This document shows, in pieces, positions 30,538 to 40,233 of a stretch of DNA of 64,000 nt. Below the pieces are notes generated by a model that was given only the letters and a program-made list of their open reading frames with translations, searched no databases and was not told the origin of the DNA. Within the stretch, counting starts at the first letter, position 1. Each line of letters starts with the position of its first letter. A program made the translations under genes and the position numbers. Source of the stretch: Planctomycetota bacterium (lineage in GTDB: Bacteria > Planctomycetota > PLA2 > JAEUHO01); NCBI GenBank assembly GCA_965222115.1, contig CBDCTJ010000007.1:2624001-2688000 (forward strand), given 5' to 3'.

Positions 30538-30765
30538 CCCCGATACCCGATACCCGAATCCCGTCACCCGTTTCCCGTATCCCGTCACCCGGACTCATAA
30601 GTGGACATCCGATGATCGTTCGCGCCGTTCGTGGACGTGGACGTGGACGTGGACGTGGACGTGGACATGGACGTGGACGTGGACGTGGACGCGGACGTGG
30701 AGAGCAAATGGCCTTGCCATTTGCGCGAAGACCCTGAGTAAGCACCAGCGGATCGAAGGGTGGAC
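30538..30765 (+). repeat. Solo repeat module (no cargo gene): heptamers + X + (GTGGAC)11 + internally deleted Y
   Basis: Eight heptamer units. Eleven hexamers at 30631-30696, including ATGGAC and GCGGAC variants. Y lacks TCTGATCCGCGCAGTGCGCATC. Confidence 0.92.
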
Positions 30766-31116
30766 CTCAAGTAGCGCAAAACGATTTCGTACCGGTCGCG
30801 AACTGTTGGATTTGGGTCCGCTCGACCGCAATCCGGCGCCCACGCAGTCTCCGACGCCTGCTCCCCCCCCACTTCGGCGTCTCCGCGTGAAACAAATCGC
30901 ACAATTCGTACCGGGAGCAAATTGTGAAATTAACAATTCGTGCCGGGAGCGAAATGTGCGAATGCACCGCCAAGCCCACGCACAGGATTTCTCCTGACAA
31001 CTTTCGCAGTGTGGCTTCGTCACCTTGGTGAGCCCCGACCTCGCTGGTGTCGAGCCGAGCTGGCCCTGGGTATCGAGTTTGCTGGCGAGGTCGTGGGCTT
31101 TGTTGGCGGGAGCGAG

Positions 31117-32421
31117 CTACTTTTCGGTAGTCAACGTCATGATGGTGCCGATGTCATTGGCACAGAAGTAGAGTTCACCCTGGGCATCCTGGCAGATACT
31201 GGCGAGTTCCGGCACGTCGCCAATCTTCTGCCAGTTCGAGGCGCGCGTATTCGTACCGTTGCCGGTGACCGTGAGGGCGTAGACCTCGCCGCGCATGTAG
31301 TCGCCGATGATGAACTTGCCTTTCAGAGCCCGCACGCGCGAGCCGGTATACGTGGCACCGCCCACACCGGCAGAACCGGTTGCCTTGCCTCGGGTCCACG
31401 AGAACGTACTGCGTACGATGCCTCGCGGAGGTTGTTGCGTCGTTTTGACGCGGCGAGGACCCGCGAAGTACGGCCATCCGTGATTTCCGCCACGCACGAC
31501 CTGCGTGAGCCACTCGTTGCTCTGTGGACCGGTGGTGCCGGGTTCTACCGTCCACATGCGACCCTGCGTATCCCACCAAAAGCGCCATGGGTTGCGAAAG
31601 CCGTAGGCCCAGATTTCACCACGGACTCGGCCCGAGCGCGCATGCGTGGCCCATGGATTGCTCTCGGGCACTTTGTAATTTAGGCCCGGTGACCGTCCAT
31701 CAACATCGATACGTAAGATCTTGCCCATGAGACGTGCGGGACTTTGGGCATTGCCGTCGGCGTCATTCTTGGCACCGCCGTCACCAATGCTGATGTAGAG
31801 GTAGTTGACACCCTTTTCGGGTCGAAAGCCAAGACAGCCCGCTTGATGCATCGGAAAGCGCTTGGGAACACGAATCATGTCGCGGCGACTGGCCACTGAC
31901 ACGCGCCCGTTTGTCACTTGGAACTCGGCCAATACAAATGCGAGCTTCTTGGATGGCATGGCGGGGTTGTCGTGCGGCGTAACGAAGCTTACGTAGATTT
32001 TCTTGTTGGTCTTGTACTGGGGATGAAATGCAAGGCCTAGCAGCCCGCCTTGCGCCTTTTGACCGGCAATCACGCGTCGCAAATCCAAGAACACGCTGGC
32101 GCGGGGGACGGGACCCGAGCCACGATACTTTTGGATCATCTTGATGCGGCCTGACTGTTCGATCACGTACAGCATGTCGGTGCCATCGCCCGCGTGCGTG
32201 ACGAAGACGGGTGCCTCCCATTCGGAGTCGGGCCACGCTTCGATCAATTCCACGCCCTTCATGGGGGTTGGTTCGGCGGCTTCGGCGATCCCCGAGCGGC
32301 TGGTAAAGCACGCCAACGCAACCAGGCACCCAAGGCTGAGCAACCCCAGCGACCGGCTTCCATGCTGGCGCGGCCCCGCATCCGGTGTGACACATCGGGG
32401 TCGATTTCTAATCTGAATCAT
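31117..32421 (-). CDS. PQQ-dependent sugar dehydrogenase family beta-propeller (GSDH)
   Basis: Signal peptide, LYVIEQSGRI, GLLGLAFHP, LYISIGDGG, GKILRIDVD, EIWAYGFRNPWR. Confidence 0.88.
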   Translation of the reverse strand: MIQIRNRPRCVTPDAGPRQHGSRSLGLLSLGCLVALACFTSRSGIAEAAEPTPMKGVELIEAWPDSEWEAPVFVTHAGDGTDMLYVIEQSGRIKMIQKYRGSGPVPRASVFLDLRRVIAGQKAQGGLLGLAFHPQYKTNKKIYVSFVTPHDNPAMPSKKLAFVLAEFQVTNGRVSVASRRDMIRVPKRFPMHQAGCLGFRPEKGVNYLYISIGDGGAKNDADGNAQSPARLMGKILRIDVDGRSPGLNYKVPESNPWATHARSGRVRGEIWAYGFRNPWRFWWDTQGRMWTVEPGTTGPQSNEWLTQVVRGGNHGWPYFAGPRRVKTTQQPPRGIVRSTFSWTRGKATGSAGVGGATYTGSRVRALKGKFIIGDYMRGEVYALTVTGNGTNTRASNWQKIGDVPELASICQDAQGELYFCANDIGTIMTLTTEK

Positions 32422-32665
32422 GGGGCCTCCGCGCAGTTGGTTCCGCGGGGATGGTACCGAGAAACGCGTCCGACCGAAACGCTGCAATTCGGCGTTTCAG
32501 CGTGGCAGTCGAGACGGCTCAAGGGGAGACAGGGATGACGCTGGAGTCCGGTCGCGGGGCCGGGTTTAGCGTGAGGCGAAACGAGTCGGCTTGTTACCCT
32601 TCCCGGGCATTTGTCCACCCCCGCCGAGGCGGGAGGGCGACGCCGCCGTCGGACGGGAGTTTCGC

Positions 32666-33181
32666 TTGTACTTCGAGTTCGCCAACGTGCTCGTATTCAC
32701 CGTATTGGGCGTCGCGTTCGTGGCCCTCAATTTGGTGATTGCGCGTCTCCTGCGGCCCAAGGGCCGCAAAGAAGGCAGCAAACACGAGATCTATGAATGC
32801 GGCGAACCCACGGTGGGCCAGGCCTGGATTCGATTCGACATTCGCTTCTACACCGTGGCGCTCATGTTTGTCGTGTTCGACGTGGAAGTGGCGCTGCTGT
32901 TTCCGTGGGGGGTGATCTTCCGCGACCTTGCGGAGCGCGGCCTTGGCACCCTGGCGATGATCGAGGCAGGCACGTTCATTGCCATCTTGATGGTTGGCCT
33001 CGCCTATGTCTGGGCGCGGGGCGATATCGACTGGACGCCCAAGGAAGACGAGATGGAGCTTCGCGGTGAAGGTTCCGATTATGCGCAGCGCAGCAGCATG
33101 ACTCACGCCAGCAGTAGCGAGCCGCTGCCGGTCGAGGCGGAACCCGTCGGTGCGGGCGCCGCCGTGGATCGGGGGAGTTAG
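32666..33181 (+). CDS. nuoA: NADH-quinone oxidoreductase subunit A
   Basis: [29 protein letters not shown] start inferred from GGGAG RBS. Confidence 0.93.
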   Translation: MYFEFANVLVFTVLGVAFVALNLVIARLLRPKGRKEGSKHEIYECGEPTVGQAWIRFDIRFYTVALMFVVFDVEVALLFPWGVIFRDLAERGLGTLAMIEAGTFIAILMVGLAYVWARGDIDWTPKEDEMELRGEGSDYAQRSSMTHASSSEPLPVEAEPVGAGAAVDRGS

Positions 33182-33183
33182 TA

Positions 33184-33732
33184 ATGGCCGAATACGAGGT
33201 CGATCCCGAACTGCAACAGTCGTTGATCCTCACCAAAGTGGAGTGGGTTAAGGACTGGGGACGTCGGCACGCCCTCTGGCCCATGGCCTTCGGACTGGCG
33301 TGTTGTGCCATGGAGATGATGGCTACGGCAGCCACAAAGTACGACTTGGATCGCTTCGGTGCCGGTGTGTTTCGCGCGTCGCCGCGGCAAAGCGACCTCA
33401 TGATTGTTGCAGGTACCGTCACGCACAAGATGGCGCCACGCGTGAAGCGACTCTACGAGCAGATGCCCAATCCGAAGTACGTCATTGCCATGGGCGCATG
33501 CACGGTGGGGGGCGGTCCGTATGTCAAATACGGGTATCACGTGGTACAGGGCGTTGACTTGGTGGTTCCGGTCGACATCTATCTGCCCGGTTGCCCTCCT
33601 CGCCCCGAGGCGTTGATCGACGCCATTCGAAAGCTTCAGTTCCGCATTCTGGAACACGGTGGCTCCACACTTACGGAACTGCCCAAGGGTTCTCGCCCGC
33701 CATCCACGGAGGACAATCCTAGCGCCGCGTAG
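33184..33732 (+). CDS. nuoB: NADH-quinone oxidoreductase subunit B
   Basis: [28 protein letters not shown]. Confidence 0.96.
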   Translation: MAEYEVDPELQQSLILTKVEWVKDWGRRHALWPMAFGLACCAMEMMATAATKYDLDRFGAGVFRASPRQSDLMIVAGTVTHKMAPRVKRLYEQMPNPKYVIAMGACTVGGGPYVKYGYHVVQGVDLVVPVDIYLPGCPPRPEALIDAIRKLQFRILEHGGSTLTELPKGSRPPSTEDNPSAA

Positions 33733-33759
33733 GTTTTCCTTGCGTGTATGCGATTCGTC

Positions 33760-34341
33760 ATGAGCAAAGACACCGAACCATTGATCGCAGACCCGGTAAC
33801 CGAAGAAGCCCTCGGTCTAATCAAGCGCTCGTTTGCGGATGCCGTTGTTGCATCCGAGATCGGTGGATTGCATCCGTGGATTCAAGTCACTGCCGACAGC
33901 TTGCGCGACGTCTGCACATTGCTCAAGGCCGACGCCAGTGTGCGCATGGACTGCTTGCATTTGATTTCGGCCGTTGATTGGCCTAAGGCGGGCGACGCAG
34001 GTGAAATCGAAGTGGTCTATCACCTCTGTTCCTACGCGCGCAAGCCCAGTGCCGACTATCGCAAACGCGATCCACTGAAGGCCAAGAACGATCCGTGGAT
34101 TGCGCTGAAAGTTCGTGTGCCGCGTGACGCGCCCCACGTGCCCAGCGTAATGGACATCTGGACCGGTGCCGACTGGCACGAGCGTGAGACCTACGATCTC
34201 GTCGGCGTTGAGTTTACGGGTCGCCAAGGTCTACAACGCATTCTCTTGCCAGAGGACTGGCCGGGTCATCCCCTCTTGAAGGACTGGGAATTCCCCGCCG
34301 ATTATCACGGCATTCCTATCATTTCGCCGGAGGACCTGTGA
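33760..34341 (+). CDS. nuoC: NADH-quinone oxidoreductase subunit C
   Basis: ADWHERETYDLVG, RILLPEDWPGHPLLKD. Confidence 0.93.
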   Translation: MSKDTEPLIADPVTEEALGLIKRSFADAVVASEIGGLHPWIQVTADSLRDVCTLLKADASVRMDCLHLISAVDWPKAGDAGEIEVVYHLCSYARKPSADYRKRDPLKAKNDPWIALKVRVPRDAPHVPSVMDIWTGADWHERETYDLVGVEFTGRQGLQRILLPEDWPGHPLLKDWEFPADYHGIPIISPEDL

Positions 34342-35591
34342 ACACAGACGCTTCCGACACGCACGAGGCTGCGAGCCAGACGCCTTACGCCGGCACCGCC
34401 GGTGCGCCGGATGTGTATAGTGGCGCGGGCGAGCCCGAGAGTCAGGTACACGAGCGTCAATTGCTCGTTGGTCGTGACCTGCGTACCGAAGACATGGTGC
34501 TCAACATTGGCCCGCAGCACCCCGCCACGCACGGTGTGTTGCGTGTGGTCATCAAGACCGACGGCGAGATCGTCAAGGCGCTCCAACCCCACGTCGGCAA
34601 TCTCCATCGCTGTGTTGAGAAGATCGGCGAGAGCATTCCCTACTACCAGTGGCTGCCCTATGTCGATCGTATGGACTACCTCGCGGCCATGTGCAATGAA
34701 CACGTGGCGTGCATGGCCATTGAGCGTTTGGCCGGGTTAGAGATTCCGCGTCGCGCCGAGTTTTGTCGCGTCATCGTCGCCGAAGTGCAACGCATCTTGA
34801 GCCACTTGATGGCCATTGGTGTGTATGGCCTCGACTTGGGCGCCTTCACACCCTTCCTGCATCAGTTCCGCGAGCGTGAACGCGGCCTCGACCTCTTGGA
34901 TCACATTTCCGGCGGTCGCCTGCTCTACCACTACATTCAAATTGGTGGAGTGAAGCGCGACTTTGATCGCGAATGGATCGATGAACTCGAGGCGTTCCTC
35001 GATGCCGTTGAGAAGCGCGTGCCGGAATACAACACGTTGTTGATGCACAATCACATCTTCCAAGAGCGCACGTGCAACATCGGCCTTATTGATCGCGACA
35101 TGGCCACGCGTTGGGGCGTTACGGGCCCCGCGTTGCGTGCCGCAGGCGTTGACTGGGACGTGCGTCGTGACGCACCCTACAGCATCTACGACGAGTTTGA
35201 ATTCGACGTCCCACATGGCCACAGCGGCATTGCCGGTGTGCAGGGTGACTGCTTCCAGCGCCACTGGATCCGATTCCGTGAAGTGGAAGAGTCCGTCAAG
35301 ATCATTCGCCAAGCGTTGGCGGCGATGCCTGAGGGGCCCACGCGCGCTACGTTGCCGAAGAGCTTTAAGCCGCCCACGGGTGAGGTCTATGTGCGCGGCG
35401 AGAACCCGCGCGGTGAACTCGCCTGCTACATGGTGAGTGAGGGCAAAGACACCGCCTATCGCATACGTTGCCGTGGACCGTCGTTTAGCAACATTGCCGT
35501 GATTTGTGAGGTAGCCGAAGGCGTCTTGATCGCCGACTTGGTCGCTCTGATTGGAAGTCTCGACATCGTCCTAGGTGAGGTTGACCGCTGA
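34338..35591 (+). CDS. nuoD: NADH-quinone oxidoreductase subunit D
   Basis: NIGPQHPATHGVLR, DRMDYL, ENPRGE, SLDIVLGEVDR. Confidence 0.96.
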   Translation: MNTDASDTHEAASQTPYAGTAGAPDVYSGAGEPESQVHERQLLVGRDLRTEDMVLNIGPQHPATHGVLRVVIKTDGEIVKALQPHVGNLHRCVEKIGESIPYYQWLPYVDRMDYLAAMCNEHVACMAIERLAGLEIPRRAEFCRVIVAEVQRILSHLMAIGVYGLDLGAFTPFLHQFRERERGLDLLDHISGGRLLYHYIQIGGVKRDFDREWIDELEAFLDAVEKRVPEYNTLLMHNHIFQERTCNIGLIDRDMATRWGVTGPALRAAGVDWDVRRDAPYSIYDEFEFDVPHGHSGIAGVQGDCFQRHWIRFREVEESVKIIRQALAAMPEGPTRATLPKSFKPPTGEVYVRGENPRGELACYMVSEGKDTAYRIRCRGPSFSNIAVICEVAEGVLIADLVALIGSLDIVLGEVDR

Positions 35592-35592
35592 G

Positions 35593-36714
35593 ATGCAGGA
35601 TTGGATTGACTCCCTCATCCGCGATACGTCTTGGATGCAGAGCCTGCCCAAGGGGTTGCTCTACACCGTAGGCATCATCATCGCCGCCAAACTGATCCTC
35701 GTCATGGTCAGTTTGCTGGCGGGTGAAACGGTATGGCTTGAACGGCGCGTGTCAGGACGCATGCAGGCGCGCATTGGACCCAACCGCGTGGGGCCGCAGG
35801 GACTGCTGCAGTTCTTGGCGGACGGTCTGAAGCTGCTCTCCAAGGAGGACGTGGTGCCGAGCACGGCCGACAAACCGGTGTTCCTGTTGGCGCCGCTCAT
35901 TGTTTTCATGGGTGCGTTTGCTGGCTTTGCGGTGTTGCCATTGGGCTACGGCCTTGTACCCGCCGACATGAATGTGGGCTTGTTCGTGATACTTGCCATT
36001 ACCAGCGTCGAGGTGGTCGGCGTGATCATGGCGGGGTGGGCGAGCAACTCGAAGTGGGCGGTGTTGGGTTCGATGCGCGAAGTGGCCCAGATGATTAGCT
36101 ACGAAATGCCGCTCAGCATCTCGGCGTTGGTGGTTGTGATCCTTGCCGGGACGATGAACCTCACCGACATCGTGCTGCAACAAGAAGGCATGCTTTGGAA
36201 CTGGTACGTCTTCCGTGGACCGTTTGCCTTTGCCGCGTTCTTCGTGTTCTTCACGTCAGCGCTGGCTAGCCTCAAGCGCGCGCCGTTTGACTTGCCCGAG
36301 GCGGAATCGGAACTCGTTGCGGGCTTCCACACGGAGTACACGGGATTTCGCTTCGCGGTGTTTTTCCTCGCCGAATACTCCGCCATGATTCTGTTCGCGG
36401 TGCTCACCACGTTGCTCTTCTTGGGGGGATGGTCGCCTGGCTTCCCCATCGACTTGTCGGGTCCGGGCGCGCGCTGGATTGGGTTTGGCATTGTGATGGC
36501 CAAGTCCATATTCCTGCTCTTCACCATGATTTGGATTCGCTGGAGCCTTCCGCGCTTCCGCATCGATAAGGTCATGTATCTCTGTTACAAGGTCTTGCTG
36601 CCCTTCAGTGTGATTTGCATTGTCGGTGCGGCGCTTCAGGTGTTGCTTGGTGCCCACCTTGGCGCAGCGGAAGGCAATGCATTTGCACGTTGGCTTGCGG
36701 GAGGTGCCCCATGA
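35593..36714 (+). CDS. nuoH: NADH-quinone oxidoreductase subunit H
   Basis: ERRVSGRMQARIGPNRVGPQG, RAPFDLPEAESELVAGFHTEY. Confidence 0.96.
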   Translation: MQDWIDSLIRDTSWMQSLPKGLLYTVGIIIAAKLILVMVSLLAGETVWLERRVSGRMQARIGPNRVGPQGLLQFLADGLKLLSKEDVVPSTADKPVFLLAPLIVFMGAFAGFAVLPLGYGLVPADMNVGLFVILAITSVEVVGVIMAGWASNSKWAVLGSMREVAQMISYEMPLSISALVVVILAGTMNLTDIVLQQEGMLWNWYVFRGPFAFAAFFVFFTSALASLKRAPFDLPEAESELVAGFHTEYTGFRFAVFFLAEYSAMILFAVLTTLLFLGGWSPGFPIDLSGPGARWIGFGIVMAKSIFLLFTMIWIRWSLPRFRIDKVMYLCYKVLLPFSVICIVGAALQVLLGAHLGAAEGNAFARWLAGGAP

Positions 36715-37254
36715 GCGCGGCCGGCAGCTACTTAAAGAATGTGCGCAATGGCATTACGTCCACAGCCAAGGGCATGTGGCTTACGTGGAAGCACTTCTTT
36801 ACCAAGCCCACAACGATTCAGTACCCCGATGTAGGCGAAGAGACCTACTTCAGCCCCTATGAGCGCGGGCTGCACGAGTTTGAGCCCGAGAAATGCATTG
36901 TGTGCTTCCTGTGCGCGAAGGCCTGTCCCGTGGATTGCATTCGCATTGAGGACGGTGGGAAGGGGCCCAAACGGCAAGATCTTGGCGGTCTACGAGATTG
37001 ACTACAGCAAGTGCCTGTTTTGCTCATTGTGCATCGATCCGTGTCCCGTGGACTGCATTCATATGGGCCAGCAGTACGACTTGTCCGCGTTCCAACGCGA
37101 TCAAGGCGGCGTGAAGATCGACTTCACAAACGGCGAGGGGTATTGGCGCACGGCCGAGACCAGTGCACACCCCGAGGCAGGCCTACGGATGCACTTAAAG
37201 GGTCCGCATCTCAAGGAAGCCAACGGCGAATCGGCGGAAGGGGGGGCGGAATGA
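36711..37254 (+). pseudogene. nuoI: NADH-quinone oxidoreductase subunit I, split by a one-base frameshift (possible assembly error)
   Basis: First CxxCxxCxxxCP is in ORF 36615-37001 and the second is in ORF 36859-37254. The span is 544 nt (3n+1), with the shift near 36957-36972. Confidence 0.85.
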
Positions 37255-37814
37255 TAATCCATGTGCCCTCCCAGCTTGCCGGACTCCCCATTCCCGACTT
37301 GACCCCCTACATCTTCCCCGGGGTGTTTTATGCGCTCGCGGCCATGTGTGTGATTGGTGGCATCGTTGCCGCGACGGCCCCAAAGATCGTGCACGCGGCA
37401 TTTGGACTCATGCTCGCGTTCTTTGGGGTTGCCGGGCTCTACGCCATGCTCGGTGCCGACTTCTTAACGTTTGCCCAAGTGATTGTCTACGTAGGTGGCA
37501 TCCTGGTGCTGTTGGTTTTCGGCATTTTGCTCACCGGTCGTACACGGCTGAGCCTCGGCTTAGAGAAACTGCCCAATGTTGCCCTGCCTATCATTACGGG
37601 CGGGGTGGTGTTCCTTGGACTCATCATCGCCATTTCGAGCAGCACGTTTAACGCCACCGCCACACCGGCTGAACCGAAAGCCACCACGGCAGCCATTGGA
37701 CGGGCGTTCCTCGATCCCGACCAGTATCTGATTCCGTTTGAGCTTGCATCGGTGTTGCTGCTCGCGGCACTTGTGGGCGCGGCCTACTTGGCACGAAGGA
37801 GGCGCGCAGGATGA
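37251..37814 (+). CDS. nuoJ: NADH-quinone oxidoreductase subunit J
   Basis: AQVIVYVGGILVLLVF, PFELASVLLL. Confidence 0.93.
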   Translation: MIIHVPSQLAGLPIPDLTPYIFPGVFYALAAMCVIGGIVAATAPKIVHAAFGLMLAFFGVAGLYAMLGADFLTFAQVIVYVGGILVLLVFGILLTGRTRLSLGLEKLPNVALPIITGGVVFLGLIIAISSSTFNATATPAEPKATTAAIGRAFLDPDQYLIPFELASVLLLAALVGAAYLARRRRAG

Positions 37815-38119
37815 CCATTGGTCTGTACCACTTCCTGGTCGTGGGTGCAGCGCTATTTTGCGCCGGGCTCATTACCGTCATGGCGCGTCGCAACGCCATC
37901 GCGATTTTGATCGGCATTGAGTTGATGCTCAATGCGGCCAATCTCAACCTCGTTGCGTTTGATCGCTACGGCCCCGGACTGATTCGCGGTCAGTTGTTCG
38001 CGCTGTTCGTATTGGTCATTGCCGCTGCCGAGGCAGCCGTGGCGCTGGCCATCATTCTCAACGTCTTTGACGGACGCGATCGCATTGATGTCGATCAAGT
38101 CCAGAAACTCAAGGGGTAG
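37811..38119 (+). CDS. nuoK: NADH-quinone oxidoreductase subunit K
   Basis: RRNAI..LIGIELMLNAANLN, AAAEAAVALA. Confidence 0.95.
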   Translation: MTIGLYHFLVVGAALFCAGLITVMARRNAIAILIGIELMLNAANLNLVAFDRYGPGLIRGQLFALFVLVIAAAEAAVALAIILNVFDGRDRIDVDQVQKLKG

Positions 38120-38129
38120 TGCCCGACCG

Positions 38130-40115
38130 ATGTTGACACTCGCCCTCCTCATTCTGATTGCCCCGCTCGTAGGGTTCTGCCTGCAGTACAGCTTTGGCAG
38201 AAAGCTCCCGCGCCAAGGGGACTGGCTCACCGTCATTACGATTGGCGTGTCGCTCGCCTGTTCCGTCATGATCTTCTTTAAGACGATGGGTGGCGAGACA
38301 TTCTCAAAGGCATGGGACTGGTTCAATCCTGGCGGTGCGGGCGATTCGGCGTGGTCGATTGGCATTCACATCGACGGCTTGACTGCGGTCATGTTGGTCG
38401 TCGTCACGTTGGTGGCGTTCCTCGTTCACGTGTTCAGTATGGGCTACATGAAGGGGGATAAGAAGTATTGGGCGTTCTTCGCCTGGCTTCAGATGTTCTC
38501 CGTGTCCATGTTGATCTTGGTGTTGGCCAACAACCTGCTTCACCTCTTCATGGGTTGGGAGCTTGTGGGGCTTTGCTCCTACAAACTGATTGGCTTCTGG
38601 AACGAAAAACCTGATCCCTGCAATGCGTCCCGCAAGGCGTTCATCACCACGCGTATTGGCGACGTGGGCATGTTGATTGCCATCATGGCCATCTACAAAC
38701 ATGTGGGCTCGTTTGAGTTCGATGTTGTGCGCGAGGCAGTGGCCACAGGCACGTTCGGCGGCACTTGGCTCACAATTTCGGGACTAGGTCTTTTCTTCGC
38801 CGCGATGGGGAAGAGCGCGCAGTTGCCACTGCATGTGTGGTTGCCCGATGCGATGGAAGGCCCCACACCCGTCAGTGCATTGATTCACGCTGCCACCATG
38901 GTCGCGGCCGGTGTGTATTTGATTGGGCGCTTCATGCCCATTCTCACACCCGAGGCCCTTGTGGTCATCGCCACAGTCGGTGCCGTTACGGCGCTCATGG
39001 CCGGGTTCATTGCCCTTGCGCAAGACGACATCAAGCGTGTGTTGGCCTATTCAACGATCAGCCAACTCGGCTACATGTTCCTGGGGCTGGGCGTGGGCGC
39101 GTGGCACGCAGCGTTGTTCCACTTGACCACGCACGCCTTCTTCAAGGCGCTCATGTTCTTGGGTTCCGGTAGCGTGATTCACGCCTGCCATCACGAGCAG
39201 GACATGCGAAAAATGGGCGGGCTCTGGAAGAAGATGCCCATTACCGGTACCACGTTTTTCTTCGGTGTGTTGGCCATTGCCGGCGTGCCGTTTATTTCGG
39301 GCTTCTATTCGAAGGACGCGATTCTTGCGGGTGCCTATCACCGCTATCCCGCGCTGTTCTACATCGGTCTCTGTGCCGCCGTGCTCACGGCGTTCTACAT
39401 GATGCGACTGTTCGTGATGACGTTCATGGGCAAGCCCAAGGACAAGCACGTCTACGACCACGCTCATGAGTCGCCCTTCTCCATGACGTTCCCGCTCATC
39501 GTGCTCGGCGTATTGGCGGTGGCCGCCGGATGGGGCGCGTGGCACGGCACATTGCTAAACCCAGAACTTGTCGCCGATGCAAGTGGAATCGCTGCGGTTG
39601 GGCAACCCGCCGCGTCGCACCCCGGCGTTGCCACGGTCGGCGATCTCGCGCACTTTGAGCACAGCACCACGGTGGCCACGATGGCAATCATCGCCGGGCT
39701 GGGTGGGCTGCTAATGGGCTTTTTGATCTTTGGCGTCATGACGGCGCGGGTACCCGCCATCAAGAAGCCCTTTGCCGCCCTTGAGCGCGCCTTCCATAAC
39801 AAGTTCTATTTCGACGAGCTGTACCGTGAGGTGATTTTGCGTCCGGCGTATGCCATTGCGAATCTCTTCAATGCGGCCGATGCCTATGGCGTCGATGGCT
39901 TGGTCAATGCGACCGGTCGCGGCGGCAAACGCGCGGCCACGTTGTCGGGTTCCGTTGACGACCATGTGGTGGACGGCGTCGTGCGCGGCACCGGCACCGT
40001 TTCGCAGGCCTTGGGCGCGGGCGTAAGTGCCACGCAAAGCGGCAAGGTGCGACTGTATCTCTCCCTCAGCGTGGGTGCGTTGGCGCTCGCCTTACTCCTG
40101 CGTTGGGTGTTTTAG
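38130..40115 (+). CDS. nuoL: NADH-quinone oxidoreductase subunit L
   Basis: GKSAQLPLHVWLPDAMEGPTPVSALIHAATMV, HLTTHAFFKAL. Confidence 0.96.
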   Translation: MLTLALLILIAPLVGFCLQYSFGRKLPRQGDWLTVITIGVSLACSVMIFFKTMGGETFSKAWDWFNPGGAGDSAWSIGIHIDGLTAVMLVVVTLVAFLVHVFSMGYMKGDKKYWAFFAWLQMFSVSMLILVLANNLLHLFMGWELVGLCSYKLIGFWNEKPDPCNASRKAFITTRIGDVGMLIAIMAIYKHVGSFEFDVVREAVATGTFGGTWLTISGLGLFFAAMGKSAQLPLHVWLPDAMEGPTPVSALIHAATMVAAGVYLIGRFMPILTPEALVVIATVGAVTALMAGFIALAQDDIKRVLAYSTISQLGYMFLGLGVGAWHAALFHLTTHAFFKALMFLGSGSVIHACHHEQDMRKMGGLWKKMPITGTTFFFGVLAIAGVPFISGFYSKDAILAGAYHRYPALFYIGLCAAVLTAFYMMRLFVMTFMGKPKDKHVYDHAHESPFSMTFPLIVLGVLAVAAGWGAWHGTLLNPELVADASGIAAVGQPAASHPGVATVGDLAHFEHSTTVATMAIIAGLGGLLMGFLIFGVMTARVPAIKKPFAALERAFHNKFYFDELYREVILRPAYAIANLFNAADAYGVDGLVNATGRGGKRAATLSGSVDDHVVDGVVRGTGTVSQALGAGVSATQSGKVRLYLSLSVGALALALLLRWVF

Positions 40116-40233
40116 CGTGAAAGCGAAGGCGTGAAGTCAATGACAACCGTGCTCGATGACCAGATCCGCAGTCACGTGCGCCGTCCCTCGGCGGACGGCG
40201 CTCCGCGTTCACGAAGGATCGTAGGGTTCTAAG

